From Actinomycetes bacterium (GTDB lineage Bacteria > Actinomycetota > Actinomycetes > Propionibacteriales > Propionibacteriaceae), in NCBI GenBank assembly GCA_023393755.1, contig JAEXCA010000108.1, positions 9,198 through 73,197 on the forward strand: a stretch of DNA of 64,000 nt. Direction: 5' to 3'. Positions 10,604 to 20,438 of the stretch are shown in pieces. How positions within the stretch are numbered: the stretch's first letter is position 1; every line of letters begins with the position of its first letter. The notes below the pieces were generated by a model. That model had not been told where the DNA came from. It saw nothing but the letters and a program-made list of their open reading frames with translations, and made no database searches. Made by a program: the position numbers and the translations under genes.

Positions 10604-12865
10604 CTACCGCTTCACCTTCACCGTGCCGGTCGCCTCGCCCAGCCCCGCGACATCGGCCACCGGACCCGTGCCGTCCGCCGCCTCGGCCCTCAGCGTCCAG
10701 GTGTAGCTGCCCGGGGCCACCTTCCGGCCCTTGGCGTCACGGCCGTTCCACTGCAGCCCGCGCAGCGATCCGGAGGCGGTGGCCCTGGTGGCGATGCTCC
10801 GCACCAGGACGCCGTTGGCGTTGCGGATCTCCAACGTTCCGGCCTTCAGCGGCTTGGTGGTGTCCAGTTCCGGACGCCAGGCCCTGCCCGCCCGGAACGA
10901 GGACGGTGCCAGCATGCCGAGCAGTCGGGGCCGGCTGGTTCCGGTGCCCGGCAGCGTGGCAACCTCGATCGTGGTCTCGGTGACCCAGGCCACCTGACCG
11001 ACGCCGTCGATCGCCACGCGGAAGCCGGTGGCCACCGGGACCGGACGCTTCTCCCCGGTCGCGACGTTCCACAGCTCGACGGTGCGCGAGTCCTCCTCGA
11101 GACCCGGCGCGGGCGGGCCGTAGTGGAACACCAGCGCGTGGCCGTCGCCGAGCGCCTCGACCTTACCGTCGATGGCGTGGGACTCCTGGGTGCGGTAGTT
11201 GATCACCTGGGCGGTGTAGCCCACCTCCGGGTAGCCGGACGAGACGGCGATCCAGTCGCCCCAGATCCGCAGGTCTCCGGCCCAGTACTCCGGCCCGGCC
11301 GGAAGGGTCAGGCTGAGCGGGGTGGCGGACGGCCGCGCCAGGTCACGGATCGTGACCGTCCTGCTCTCCTCGTTCAGGGTCGCCACCAGGCTGCCGAAGA
11401 CGGCCGGGTAGAGCCCGGTGTCGTACCGCGTGCCGTCGACCCGCCGGACGAAGTCCTGGGTGGCGGCGTACGGCCCGGAGAGCCCCATCAGGTTGCTCTT
11501 CTGACGTTGGTTGAACGTCCGCTTGGCGCCGTCGTAGTACTTGGTGCGCAACGAGGTGCAGCAGTCGGCCGCGCTCCGGGCACCGGAGGCGAAGGCGTTC
11601 CAGCCGGCGTCAACCGGACCGGTCAGGCGCACCTCCTTGCCGATGCCGCCGGCCGCGAAGGTGCGGTACCACAGCGGATTGGGAGCCGATTCGGGGTACG
11701 GCCGGGAATCGATCGCCAGCACCCGGTTCGGTGCCAGCGCCAGGCTGCCGACCTGGCTGGGAACCTTGCGACCGATGATCGACCAGGAAACCTTCAGCCC
11801 CTTGGTCAGCCGGCCGTAGACCACGCCCCTGCTGGCGTGAACCGCCGCGGCCAACGGGCGCGACGGGTCACGGAAACCGGTACCCTGCGGCCTCCTGATC
11901 GTGCCGGTCGAGGTGAGCTTCCGGACCCGGGAACCCTGGCTGAACCAGACGCCACCGCCCTTGCCGCCGGTCCAGTGGGTGACCTGGTCGACGCCCTGCG
12001 AGACCTCGTAGGAGAGGTCCAGGTACCTGCTGTCGCCCTTGCGCAGGGTCACGCAGCTCGGCTTGGCGGGGGTCGCCAGGGCGGCCCGGCAGACCTGCAG
12101 CCTGGTCTTCGTCCCGACCAGGTAGTGGACCCGGTTGGCCGAGACCGCGATGTCCAGCAGGCCGGGGACGTGGATCGCAGCGGGGCCCTCGGTCCCGTCG
12201 GTGGGCGCGACCACCAGGTAGGTGCGTTCGTGCTGCTGGGCGTCGTAGCCCGAGGCCCGGGCGGCGACCGTCCGGCCGTCCGCCGAGATCGCCTGCGGCG
12301 TGGCGTCGGCCGGGGCACCGGTGCCGAACCGGACCGGCAGGTGCTGTGCCGTGGCGCCGGAGAGATCGAAGACCCGCCCGTCGTTGAGCACCACCCGGTT
12401 GCTCACCGCGTCCCTGATCCTCAGGCATTCGGAGACCACCGCGCTCTGCTCGGCGGTCACCGCCACCTTGCGCTGAGCGCCGGTGGCAGGCTCCCAGACG
12501 ACGAAACCACCCAGTCTGGCGGTGTCACAGCCCTCGTCCGAGGTCACCAGATCGGTGAGTTCGAGCTTGTAGAAGACGCCCTGATAGCCGACCAGGGATC
12601 CCTGCCCGGCCAGCGTGTCGGGTAGCTGCTGCCAGGTCCTGCCATTGTTGCGCGAGTACTCGTGGACGAACTCCCGCGAGCTCACCTTCACCTGACGGAC
12701 CAGGGTGTCGCCGCTGGCGGCGATCAGGCTGGTGTCGGCGTACATCCTGGGCAGCGGGATGCTGGTGACCGGGGCGAGAGTGCCGTCGGCCTGGGCCGGC
12801 GTCGCCTGGAGGAACGGAAGGAAGAGGGCGAGAACGCCGGCGAGAACGCCGAAGATGCGCCGCAT
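10604..12865 (-). CDS. secreted protein of unknown function with C-terminal FlgD-Ig-like domain
   Basis: ATG at 12865 gives the signal peptide MRRIFGVLAGVLALFLPFLQATPAQA. The C-terminus (LQWNGRDAKGRKVAPGSYTWTLRAEA) resembles the FlgD Ig-like fold. The rest is unrecognised. Confidence 0.75.
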   Translation of the reverse strand: MRRIFGVLAGVLALFLPFLQATPAQADGTLAPVTSIPLPRMYADTSLIAASGDTLVRQVKVSSREFVHEYSRNNGRTWQQLPDTLAGQGSLVGYQGVFYKLELTDLVTSDEGCDTARLGGFVVWEPATGAQRKVAVTAEQSAVVSECLRIRDAVSNRVVLNDGRVFDLSGATAQHLPVRFGTGAPADATPQAISADGRTVAARASGYDAQQHERTYLVVAPTDGTEGPAAIHVPGLLDIAVSANRVHYLVGTKTRLQVCRAALATPAKPSCVTLRKGDSRYLDLSYEVSQGVDQVTHWTGGKGGGVWFSQGSRVRKLTSTGTIRRPQGTGFRDPSRPLAAAVHASRGVVYGRLTKGLKVSWSIIGRKVPSQVGSLALAPNRVLAIDSRPYPESAPNPLWYRTFAAGGIGKEVRLTGPVDAGWNAFASGARSAADCCTSLRTKYYDGAKRTFNQRQKSNLMGLSGPYAATQDFVRRVDGTRYDTGLYPAVFGSLVATLNEESRTVTIRDLARPSATPLSLTLPAGPEYWAGDLRIWGDWIAVSSGYPEVGYTAQVINYRTQESHAIDGKVEALGDGHALVFHYGPPAPGLEEDSRTVELWNVATGEKRPVPVATGFRVAIDGVGQVAWVTETTIEVATLPGTGTSRPRLLGMLAPSSFRAGRAWRPELDTTKPLKAGTLEIRNANGVLVRSIATRATASGSLRGLQWNGRDAKGRKVAPGSYTWTLRAEAADGTGPVADVAGLGEATGTVKVKR

Positions 12866-12988
12866 GATGACTCCTCGATGATCGGGGATGGTGCTCAACC
12901 TACGCAGCTGGTGCCCAGGACGTGGCGGCGTACTCCTGGTTCTTCTCGCCGTCCCCGCCATCGCCGCCGCTCGACCGGGCGGCCGCGC

Positions 12989-14749
12989 TCAGGAGGCCGC
13001 CAGCCAGCGGCGCGCCAGCGCGATCCTCGCCTCGACCTGCTCGGTGGTGGCCTGCGCCAGGGACGGTCCGCCCGCTTCCCGGCGCAGGCCGGCGTGGACG
13101 TGGCTGTGCGGGACCCCCCTCACCCTCGCCAGCTGCGAGACCAGGGAGTTGAGCTCCTTGCGGCGGGTCTCCAGGGCACGGTGCAGACTGACCGATTCCG
13201 GAACCCGCTCGCGGCGTTCCTGCCGCACCCGACGGGCCAACTGGCGACGCTGCCGCTGGGCGAGCAGGGACGCCACCTGGTCGGGCTCGAGCAGGCCGGG
13301 CAGGCCGAGGTAGTCGGCCTCGTCCGCGCTCTCCGGCTCGGCGAACAGCCCGAACTGGCGGTTCTCGAACATCACGTGGTCGAAGACCGCCTGCGACTCC
13401 AGCGCCTCGAACCGGCCGTCCTCGAGGTCGGCGGTGTTCTGGGTGCGGTTGGCCTCGGCGATGAGCGCGTCCTCCGGAGCCCAGAGATCCTCGTCGTGCT
13501 TGGGACGGCCCAGGACGTGATCCCGCTGCCGCTCCAGCGCACCGGCATGGGCCAGCAGGATCGGCACGGTCGGCAGGAAGACGGTGGCCAGCTCACCGCG
13601 TCGACGGCTGCGGACGAACCGTCCGACCGCCTGGGCGAAGAACAGCGGGGTGGCGATCGCCGTGGCATAGACGCCCACCGCCAGCCGAGGCACGTCCACC
13701 CCCTCGGAGACCATGCGTACCGCCACCATCCAACGTTCCTCGGAAGCCGAGAACTCCTCGATCTTCCGGCTCGACCCCGCATCGTCGGAGAGCACCACCA
13801 CAGCAGGCTCGCCGGTGATCGTGTGCAGTGCCCGCGCGTAGGCGCGGGCCTGTTGTTGATCGGTGGCGATCACCAGCCCTCCGGCGTCCGGAACGTGCCG
13901 GCGCACCTCGGTCAGCCGCTTGTCCGCCGAGCCGAGCACAGCGGCGATCCACTCCCCCTTCGGGTCCAGCGCGGTGCGCCAGGCCTGCGCGGTGACATCC
14001 TTGGGCAGCGGCTCCCCCAGCCCGACGGCCAGCTCGTCGCCGGCCCTGGTCCGCCACCGCATCCCGCCGCCGTAGGCCATGAACACCACCGGACGGACCA
14101 CGTGGTCGCGCAGCGCCTCCGCGTAGCCGTAGGTGTAGTCGGCCACCGAGCGGCGGGTGCCGTCCGCCTCCTCGGCGTAGCTGACGAACGGGATCGGCGT
14201 GGCGTCCGAGCGGAACGGCGTACCGGTCAGCCCGAGTCGCCGGGTGGCCAGCGCGAAGGAGTTCGCGACCGCGTCCCCCCAGCTGAGGTTGTCCCCGGCG
14301 TGGTGGAGCTCGTCGAAGATCACCAGGGTGCGGGCCCGGACGGTGAGCGCCTCCCAGGCGAACGGACGCACCGCCACCCCGGCGTAGGTGACCACCATGC
14401 CGTGGTACTGCCGAGAGCGGCCCTTCCGCGAACCGCCCAGGCCTGGGTCAAGCTGGATACCTGCCTTCGCGGCCGCCTCGGCCCACTGCACCTTCAGGTG
14501 CTCGGTCGGCGCCACCACGATCACCTGCTCCACCCGGCGATCCGCCAGCAGTTCGGACGCCACCCGCAGCGCGAAGGTGGTCTTTCCCGCGCCGGGGGTC
14601 GCCACGGCGAGGAAGTCCTGCGCGTCCAGCTCGCGGTAGCGGGCCAGCGCCTCCTCCTGCCAGGCCCGCAGCCGGGAGGCCGTACCCCACGCCGCCCGCC
14701 CCGGGAACGCCGGGGAGAGCTGCCAATGAGCGTGGACCGATTCAGACAT
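12989..14749 (-). CDS. SF2 DEAD/DEAH-box (ResIII/XPB-like) helicase
   Basis: Walker A ATPGAGKT, DExH-like FDELHH and helicase C motifs (MVSEGVDVPRL, QAVGRFVR) are present. Confidence 0.85.
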   Translation of the reverse strand: MSESVHAHWQLSPAFPGRAAWGTASRLRAWQEEALARYRELDAQDFLAVATPGAGKTTFALRVASELLADRRVEQVIVVAPTEHLKVQWAEAAAKAGIQLDPGLGGSRKGRSRQYHGMVVTYAGVAVRPFAWEALTVRARTLVIFDELHHAGDNLSWGDAVANSFALATRRLGLTGTPFRSDATPIPFVSYAEEADGTRRSVADYTYGYAEALRDHVVRPVVFMAYGGGMRWRTRAGDELAVGLGEPLPKDVTAQAWRTALDPKGEWIAAVLGSADKRLTEVRRHVPDAGGLVIATDQQQARAYARALHTITGEPAVVVLSDDAGSSRKIEEFSASEERWMVAVRMVSEGVDVPRLAVGVYATAIATPLFFAQAVGRFVRSRRRGELATVFLPTVPILLAHAGALERQRDHVLGRPKHDEDLWAPEDALIAEANRTQNTADLEDGRFEALESQAVFDHVMFENRQFGLFAEPESADEADYLGLPGLLEPDQVASLLAQRQRRQLARRVRQERRERVPESVSLHRALETRRKELNSLVSQLARVRGVPHSHVHAGLRREAGGPSLAQATTEQVEARIALARRWLAAS

Positions 14750-15128
14750 GGGCGACCGAGGCTAGTGCCGGGTCGTCCTCAATTCGGCAGCGGCGCGCCG
14801 GTGAGCCTCAGGGTGTCCGAGCAGTGAACTGGATCCCACGCCGTCGGGTCGACAATGCCGCCCAGCGCGCATCCGCGCCGCATATCGCGCGGCTGCCGGC
14901 GTCGACCATTGCCAGTCGCGCAATGACGCCGCATACCGGGCAATTTCGAGGCCTCGTATGCGGTGCCGATGCGCACCACCCGACCAACCACCCCGATCGC
15001 CCAACGATAAGCGGCGGCAATGCGCGGCAAGACAACAGCCGTGCTCGCGGCCGCTGATCAGCGAACCCCAGCGCTTGCTGCGACTTCGCCGCTAGTGGGC
15101 CGTGACCACAGTCAGGACAGGCTCGTCT

Positions 15129-15539
15129 TCACTCCTGCCAGGGGTTGAGCAGTCGGACGCCCGTCCGCTCGAAGTCGCTGATGTTCCGCGTGACAAGCGT
15201 GAGATCGTGCACGAGACCGGTGGCCGCGATGAGTGCATCCATCTCGGGCAACGGATCTGGGACGTGCAAGGCGGCCGCCACGATCGCGATCTGCTCGTCA
15301 ACCGCCAGAACACGACCCCCCACCATCGGTCGGACATCCTCGTTGAGCCAGAGGCGAAGTGGACGCGCGCCGGCTGGGTCACTGCGCTCCTTGCGTCGCA
15401 CGCCACGCTCCAACTCCAGCATCGTGATGGCGCTCAGCGCGAGATCGCCGATCTCCTGCCCTCGCAGCCAGGCCATCAGAGCCGACGACCGCTTCAAGCG
15501 CGCGTCGCTGATGATGTTCGTATCGAGCAGGTACTTCAC
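15129..15539 (-). CDS. vapC: type II toxin, PIN-domain VapC
   Basis: The GTG at 15539 (VKYLLDTNIISD) overlaps the antitoxin stop (GTGA). PIN acidic residues and a C-terminal LVTRNISDF motif are present. Confidence 0.85.
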   Translation of the reverse strand: MKYLLDTNIISDARLKRSSALMAWLRGQEIGDLALSAITMLELERGVRRKERSDPAGARPLRLWLNEDVRPMVGGRVLAVDEQIAIVAAALHVPDPLPEMDALIAATGLVHDLTLVTRNISDFERTGVRLLNPWQE

Positions 15540-15790
15540 AGGTCCAACTCGCGAGGCGCTTCCACCCGGCGCTGCGGCAGCTCCAACTCGATGTCCTCCG
15601 TGCCCCGTGCCCACAGCCGGTCACCCACGAGTTCCCGCTCACCAGAGAGCCGATCAAAGTCGGCGGCCGTCATCAGCACGTGTGAGCGGCGACCGTGATC
15701 GGTGATCGTGACAGGGCCCTGCTCGGCAGCTCGCTTCGCTGCCGAGACATCGCGATTGAACTCGCGACTCGTGATCGTGGTGCCGGTCAT
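15536..15790 (-). CDS. type II antitoxin, Phd/YefM family
   Basis: MTGTTITSREFNRDVSAAKRAAEQGPVTITDHGRRSHVLMTAADFDRL is typical of Phd/YefM. The longest ORF extends to 15808, so the start is uncertain. Confidence 0.8.
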   Translation of the reverse strand: MTGTTITSREFNRDVSAAKRAAEQGPVTITDHGRRSHVLMTAADFDRLSGERELVGDRLWARGTEDIELELPQRRVEAPRELDL

Positions 15791-15812
15791 CACTCTTCCC
15801 ATCGCCATTGTG

Positions 15813-15830
15813 CCTACAGTAGGTATTTTA
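15813..15830 (-). promoter_or_regulatory. candidate vapB operator (palindrome CCTACAGTAGG) with adjacent -10-like TAAAAT
   Basis: An 11-bp palindrome lies at 15813-15823. On the minus strand TAAAAT (15825-15830) lies about 35 nt upstream of the ATG at 15790. Confidence 0.35.
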
Positions 15831-15844
15831 GCAGGCCTCCAGCG

Positions 15845-16273
15845 TCAGTCCTCGGCCAAGCCTTGCGCAGCCAGCCAGTCCTTAGCGCGCTTGATGGACG
15901 CCCGGGCAAGCCACGCCTCCTGGACGACCTCGGTCAACTCCTCCAGCGACAGCTCACCCACCCTGCTGCCCCGCAGCAGCACAGACGGGTGCCCGTCGAA
16001 GTGCGGCGTGGTGAAGAAGGGCACGTCGCCGTTCCGCAGCAGGGCCTGCTTGTCGCCCTCGGTGCACGTCCAGAACACGATGACATCCGAGTACAGCTCT
16101 CCGGTCTGCGGGTCGACCGCGTCAGGGCGCGGGTTGCGAAAGAACACGAATGACCGGCCGTTGACCTGGTAGATCGGATTGCCCAGCGAGCCAGCGGTCT
16201 CTGTCACGAAGGGCATGGCCATCGCAACGTCGTGGATATCGGACAGGCGTGCCCGGCGTGAGCGCTTCACCAC
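15845..16273 (-). CDS. MmcQ/YjbR family DNA-binding protein, paralogue 1
   Basis: 142-aa ORF with AMAMPFVTE..YQVNGRSFVFF..FFTTPHFDGHPSVLL, resembling the YjbR/CyaY-like fold family. Confidence 0.7.
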   Translation of the reverse strand: MVKRSRRARLSDIHDVAMAMPFVTETAGSLGNPIYQVNGRSFVFFRNPRPDAVDPQTGELYSDVIVFWTCTEGDKQALLRNGDVPFFTTPHFDGHPSVLLRGSRVGELSLEELTEVVQEAWLARASIKRAKDWLAAQGLAED

Positions 16274-16399
16274 GAACCAGAGTGTAGTAAGACGCCCTGA
16301 TGCCGCCGGCCACCGCGAAGTACCGACTACCGACGTTCTCTGAGAGCTGGGCCGAACGGTCCACGCCCCGCATCCGCGCAGCGGGTCGGGAACGGCGGC

Positions 16400-18637
16400 T
16401 CACCGACCCGGCGGGTCGTCGCCAAGAATGATCGCCCGCACTTCCCCCGGGTCAAGATCGAGTCCCGGCCACGCCGCGATCCGACTGAACGGGAAGGCCG
16501 CCATCATCTCCGCCCACCCGGACTCGCCAATGACGTGTTCGGCGGTCTCGGCGGGCATCCGGGCACGCACCACCTCGACGAGTCGGTCGCGTGCCGCCGG
16601 GTTGGCCAGGATCTCGCCCAGGGTCGACTGCAGGCTGAGTCCGCTCGGCTTCTCGTCGCCCACCACGTGAACGACCGCGGTGAGGCGCAGATCGCGGCTG
16701 GACGCTCCCACCGAGAACTCGTAGTGCCCACCTTCGAGACGCCACTGTCGAGCCGCCGTGTCCCAGTAGCGCAACTCGTCCCAGCAGACCTCGATCGTCG
16801 CGCTACGTCGCGTCCCGGGCTCGAGGTCGCGGATGCAGACTCCCTTGAGCTCTCGGGGCGGCCGCGCCACGGCCGAGTTCTGCATGCCCACATAGAGCTG
16901 CGCAATCTCCCGCCCGCGTCGCTGACCCGTGTTCTGCAGGAGGAACTCCACGCGCACCCCGTTGCGGGTGGGGAGCACCTCCAGCTCGGAGTAGTCGAAC
17001 TGGGTGTAGGAAAGGCCGTGCCCGAACGGGTACCGGACGTGGTGGCCGAGGGCGTCGTGACCGCGATAGCCGACGAACAGACCCTCGCCGTAGCGAACGG
17101 CGCCGGAGTCGCCCGGGAAGTGCAGGTAGGACGGCACGTCCTTCAGCGACAGCGGGATCGTCTCCGCCAGCCGCCCGGACGGAACGACGTCCCCAACCAG
17201 AATGTCGCAGAGCGCCGAGCCGCCGGCCTGCCCCAGGAGCCAGCCGTGGACGATCGCCCCGGCCTGCTCGTCGAATGGAGCGACGTCGACCACCCCACCG
17301 GCGACCAGCACGATGACGGTCCGGGGAGCGACGTCGAGCACGGCCGCGATCAGGTCGAGCTGGTCGTCGGGCAGGGCGAGACTGGTGCGGTCGGCACCCT
17401 CGGCCTCGGCCGCATCCGGCAGGCCGACCACCAGGACGGTGGTGGCGCAGGTTCCAGCGACGACCGTTGCCTCTTCCTGGAGTCGCGCCAGGGTCCGCGG
17501 ATCAGTCGCGTCCAACGAGTAGCCGGGCGCGTACTCGATCGGAGTCTCAACGTAGCGCTCGCGGAGCGCGGCCAGCAGGTTGTCGGTGCTCGTCGGGTTG
17601 ACCCGCGAACTGCCTCCACCCTGAATCCGGGGCTGGGCGGCGAGCGCGCCGATGACGGCGATCGACGAACTCGGCTGCAGCGGGAGCAGACCGTCGTTCT
17701 TGAGCAGCACCACCGCCCGGGCGGCCGCCTCGCGGGCGATCGCCTGCTGCCGCGCCGGATCCACGGGTTCGGCGGTCGCTGCCCGGGTCCGCTCGGCGAG
17801 GGTCGCCATCCGCCGGGCGGCGGCGGCCAGCATGCCGGGATCGAGGTCGCCGGACGCGATCGCACCGACGATGGCGTCGGTGGGCTGGCGGCCGGCGGCG
17901 GGCATCTGGAGGTCGAGTCCCGCCTTGAGCGAGGCGACCCGGTCGGCCACGGCACCCCAGTCGGAGACCACGACCCCGTCATAGCCCCATTCCTGTCGCA
18001 GCACCTCGGTCAGAAGCCAGCCGTTCTCTGCCGCGGGTACGCCGTTGATGCTGTTGTAGGCGCACATCACCACCCAGGGGCGCGCTGCCCGGACGACGTG
18101 TTCGAAGGCCCGTAGGTAGAGCTCCCGGAGGGTTCTCTCGTCGACCTCGGAGGAGACCCGGAGCCGGTCGGTCTCCTGGTTGTTGGCGGCGAAGTGCTTC
18201 GCGGTCGCCGCGACCCCCTCGGACTGAATGCCGTCCACCATCCCGGCCGCCAGCTGACCGGAAAGCCACGGATCCTCCGAGTAGTACTCGAAGTTCCGTC
18301 CGCCCAACGGCGATCGCTTGAGATTCAGGCCCGGGCCGAGCACGACATCCACCCCCAGGGACCGCGCCTCCCGCCCGATCGCCGCGCCCACCTGTCGGAC
18401 GAGTTGCGCATCGAAGGTGGCGCCGAGGGCGACTGCGGGAGGGAAACAGGTTGCCGGCAGGCTTTCGCCGATGCCGAAGTTGTACTCGTCCGGCTGGCGA
18501 CGGATGCCGTGCGGGCCGTCGGCCAGCAGGAGCGCCGGGATGCCCGCCGCTGCCACGCCGTGGGTTCGCCAGAAGGTCGCACCGTTGGTCAGCGCCGCCT
18601 GGTCCTCGAGCGGCAGATCCTCGATCCTCGACGTCAT
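16400..18637 (-). CDS. glycoside hydrolase family 3 beta-glucosidase
   Basis: The ATG at 18637 (MTSRIEDLPLEDQAALTNG) overlaps the permease stop (ATGA). GH3 motifs are present (ADGPHGIR, KHFAANNQE, VVSDWGA, FGHGLSYT). Confidence 0.9.
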   Translation of the reverse strand: MTSRIEDLPLEDQAALTNGATFWRTHGVAAAGIPALLLADGPHGIRRQPDEYNFGIGESLPATCFPPAVALGATFDAQLVRQVGAAIGREARSLGVDVVLGPGLNLKRSPLGGRNFEYYSEDPWLSGQLAAGMVDGIQSEGVAATAKHFAANNQETDRLRVSSEVDERTLRELYLRAFEHVVRAARPWVVMCAYNSINGVPAAENGWLLTEVLRQEWGYDGVVVSDWGAVADRVASLKAGLDLQMPAAGRQPTDAIVGAIASGDLDPGMLAAAARRMATLAERTRAATAEPVDPARQQAIAREAAARAVVLLKNDGLLPLQPSSSIAVIGALAAQPRIQGGGSSRVNPTSTDNLLAALRERYVETPIEYAPGYSLDATDPRTLARLQEEATVVAGTCATTVLVVGLPDAAEAEGADRTSLALPDDQLDLIAAVLDVAPRTVIVLVAGGVVDVAPFDEQAGAIVHGWLLGQAGGSALCDILVGDVVPSGRLAETIPLSLKDVPSYLHFPGDSGAVRYGEGLFVGYRGHDALGHHVRYPFGHGLSYTQFDYSELEVLPTRNGVRVEFLLQNTGQRRGREIAQLYVGMQNSAVARPPRELKGVCIRDLEPGTRRSATIEVCWDELRYWDTAARQWRLEGGHYEFSVGASSRDLRLTAVVHVVGDEKPSGLSLQSTLGEILANPAARDRLVEVVRARMPAETAEHVIGESGWAEMMAAFPFSRIAAWPGLDLDPGEVRAIILGDDPPGR

Positions 18638-19512
18638 TTCCCGATTCCTGCCGTGATGCCGGTGATGATCTGCTTCGTCGCCACGATGAACAGCACCAGC
18701 AGCGGGATCGTGGCGATCACCAGGCCGGCGAACAACGATGCCCAGTCGGTCTGGTACTCGCCGAAGAACTTGCTCAAGCCGACGCCGAGCGTGAAGCGCT
18801 CCGGGCTTCGTAGCAGGACCAGGGGCGTGAGGAAGTCGTTCCAGATCGGAACGAAGCGGAAGACCACCACCGTGGCGATGGCCGGCCGGACCAGCGGCAC
18901 CGAGACGGCGACGAAGGACCGGATCGGCCCGGCGCCGTCGATCATCGCCGCCTCCTCCAGATCGAGCGGGAGTTGCCGGAAGAAGGCAGCGAACACGAAG
19001 ACCGAGAACGGGATGCCGTTGGCCGCGTAGACCAGGACGAGGCTGAGGGGGTTGTCGATCAGCCGGAGGGCGTCCATCAGGTGGAACATCGGCAGGATCG
19101 CGAGCATGAAGGGGATGAACAGCCCTGAGATGAACAGCGCCTCCAGCAGCTCGCGGCCGCGGAACCGCCAGCGCGCCACGGCATAGGCGGCCGGCAGTGC
19201 CACGATCGTGGACAGCCCGACCGACGCGATCGTGATGGTGAGGCTGTTGACCGTGTAGGTGGAGAACGACGCCTTGGTCCACGCGTTCACATAGTTCTGC
19301 AGCGTGGGGTCGGCAGGCCAGGGCCACGGCTCGATGGCGATCGCGAGGTGGGTTCGGAAGGAGTTCAGGATCATCGTGACCAGCGGAATGATCGAGACCG
19401 CCGCGTAGCCGCACAGCAACACCGCCACGACGGTCCCCCACACCGCCCGCCTGCTCTTGGTCCAGCGGGTCGGTGACGGTCCCCGGACGGGGTCGAGCAG
19501 CACCGTGCTCAC
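18634..19512 (-). CDS. carbohydrate ABC transporter permease (MalG-like)
   Basis: The GTG at 19512 has a GTGA overlap with the upstream permease. An EAA-loop is present (LEEAAMIDGAGPIRSF). Confidence 0.9.
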   Translation of the reverse strand: MSTVLLDPVRGPSPTRWTKSRRAVWGTVVAVLLCGYAAVSIIPLVTMILNSFRTHLAIAIEPWPWPADPTLQNYVNAWTKASFSTYTVNSLTITIASVGLSTIVALPAAYAVARWRFRGRELLEALFISGLFIPFMLAILPMFHLMDALRLIDNPLSLVLVYAANGIPFSVFVFAAFFRQLPLDLEEAAMIDGAGPIRSFVAVSVPLVRPAIATVVVFRFVPIWNDFLTPLVLLRSPERFTLGVGLSKFFGEYQTDWASLFAGLVIATIPLLVLFIVATKQIITGITAGIGK

Positions 19513-20438
19513 GAGAGCCTCGCCTCCTGCCGCGCGAACAACCGACGGCCGATCAGGGCACCCGCGATGACCAGCACGAACATGATCGTCGCCAGGGCCG
19601 ACGACACCCCGAGGGCGTTCGGTGCGCCCGACTGGAAGGAGGTGCGGAAGAACAGCAGGCTCAGCACGTCCGTGGCACCGGCGGGCGAACCGGAGACCCC
19701 GCCCAGCGCGTAGGGCAGGGCGAACGACTCCATGGAGCCGATGTAGGTCAGGATCGAGACCGTTCCGATGACCGGGACGAGCAGGGGCAGGGTGACGTAC
19801 CAGAACTGGCGCAGGCCGACCGCGCCGTCCAGGTTCGCCGCCTCGTGGAGTTCGGGCGGAATGCCCGCCAGCCCGGCGCCGTACAGCAGGACGGGGAAGC
19901 CGATCCACTGCCAGACGCTGACCAGCACCAGGGTCGGCAGGGCAAGCGTGGGATTGCCCAGCCAGGGCAGGGCGAGCGCGTCCAGCCCGATCGCGCGCAA
20001 GGCCGCGTTCACCGGGCCGAAGGAAGGCGAGAGCAGGAGCGTCCAGAGGTAGCCGACCACCAACGGGCTCACCAGGTACGGGGTGGTGTAGAGCACCTGG
20101 AACACCCGGCGAAACGGCAGCCGGTCGAGTTGTACGGCGAGGAAGAGGCCGATCGTGTTCTGCAGGATCAGCGTGCCCAGGAACAGGACGATGTTGTTCC
20201 GCAACGCGTTGGGCAACTGGACGGTGAACGGACGCTCGGTGAACAGGGTGACGAAGTTGGCGAACCAGTTGAACCCGACGAGCCTGGTGCCGCCGCCCCA
20301 CTCGAACAACGAGTAGGCCAGGGCACTGATCATGGGGTAGAGCAGTACGACCGCGAAGAGGGTGAGCGCAGGGAGGACGAACAGTGCGATCATGAGCGGC
20401 GGCGTCCTGCGACCCACCCTCCTCGCGGACCGGCTCAC
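19509..20438 (-). CDS. carbohydrate ABC transporter permease (MalF-like)
   Basis: 309-aa ORF with an EAA-loop (LHEAANLDGAVGLRQF). It has a GTGA overlap with the SBP stop. Confidence 0.9.
   Translation of the reverse strand: MSRSARRVGRRTPPLMIALFVLPALTLFAVVLLYPMISALAYSLFEWGGGTRLVGFNWFANFVTLFTERPFTVQLPNALRNNIVLFLGTLILQNTIGLFLAVQLDRLPFRRVFQVLYTTPYLVSPLVVGYLWTLLLSPSFGPVNAALRAIGLDALALPWLGNPTLALPTLVLVSVWQWIGFPVLLYGAGLAGIPPELHEAANLDGAVGLRQFWYVTLPLLVPVIGTVSILTYIGSMESFALPYALGGVSGSPAGATDVLSLLFFRTSFQSGAPNALGVSSALATIMFVLVIAGALIGRRLFARQEARLS

Larger units (their letters stand above)
15813..16290 (-). repeat. direct repeat DR1 (about 475 bp, contains MmcQ/YjbR paralogue 1)
   Basis: Aligns with 25975-26457 in the same orientation. 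The encoded proteins are about 89% identical. Confidence 0.85.

Noticed and set aside
14762-15057. Four overlapping 75-83-aa ORFs in the helicase-vapC gap
   Set aside because: They are mutually overlapping in different frames, Arg-rich, and lack RBS or motifs. The region is treated as non-coding or eroded DNA.
16400-19441. 1013-aa and 639-aa fused ORFs spanning the GH3/permease genes; likewise 41841..44363 and 51390..53321
   Set aside because: These are over-extended reading frames caused by a lack of upstream stops. Internal starts with ATGA/GTGA coupling and signal or N-terminal motifs define the real, shorter genes.
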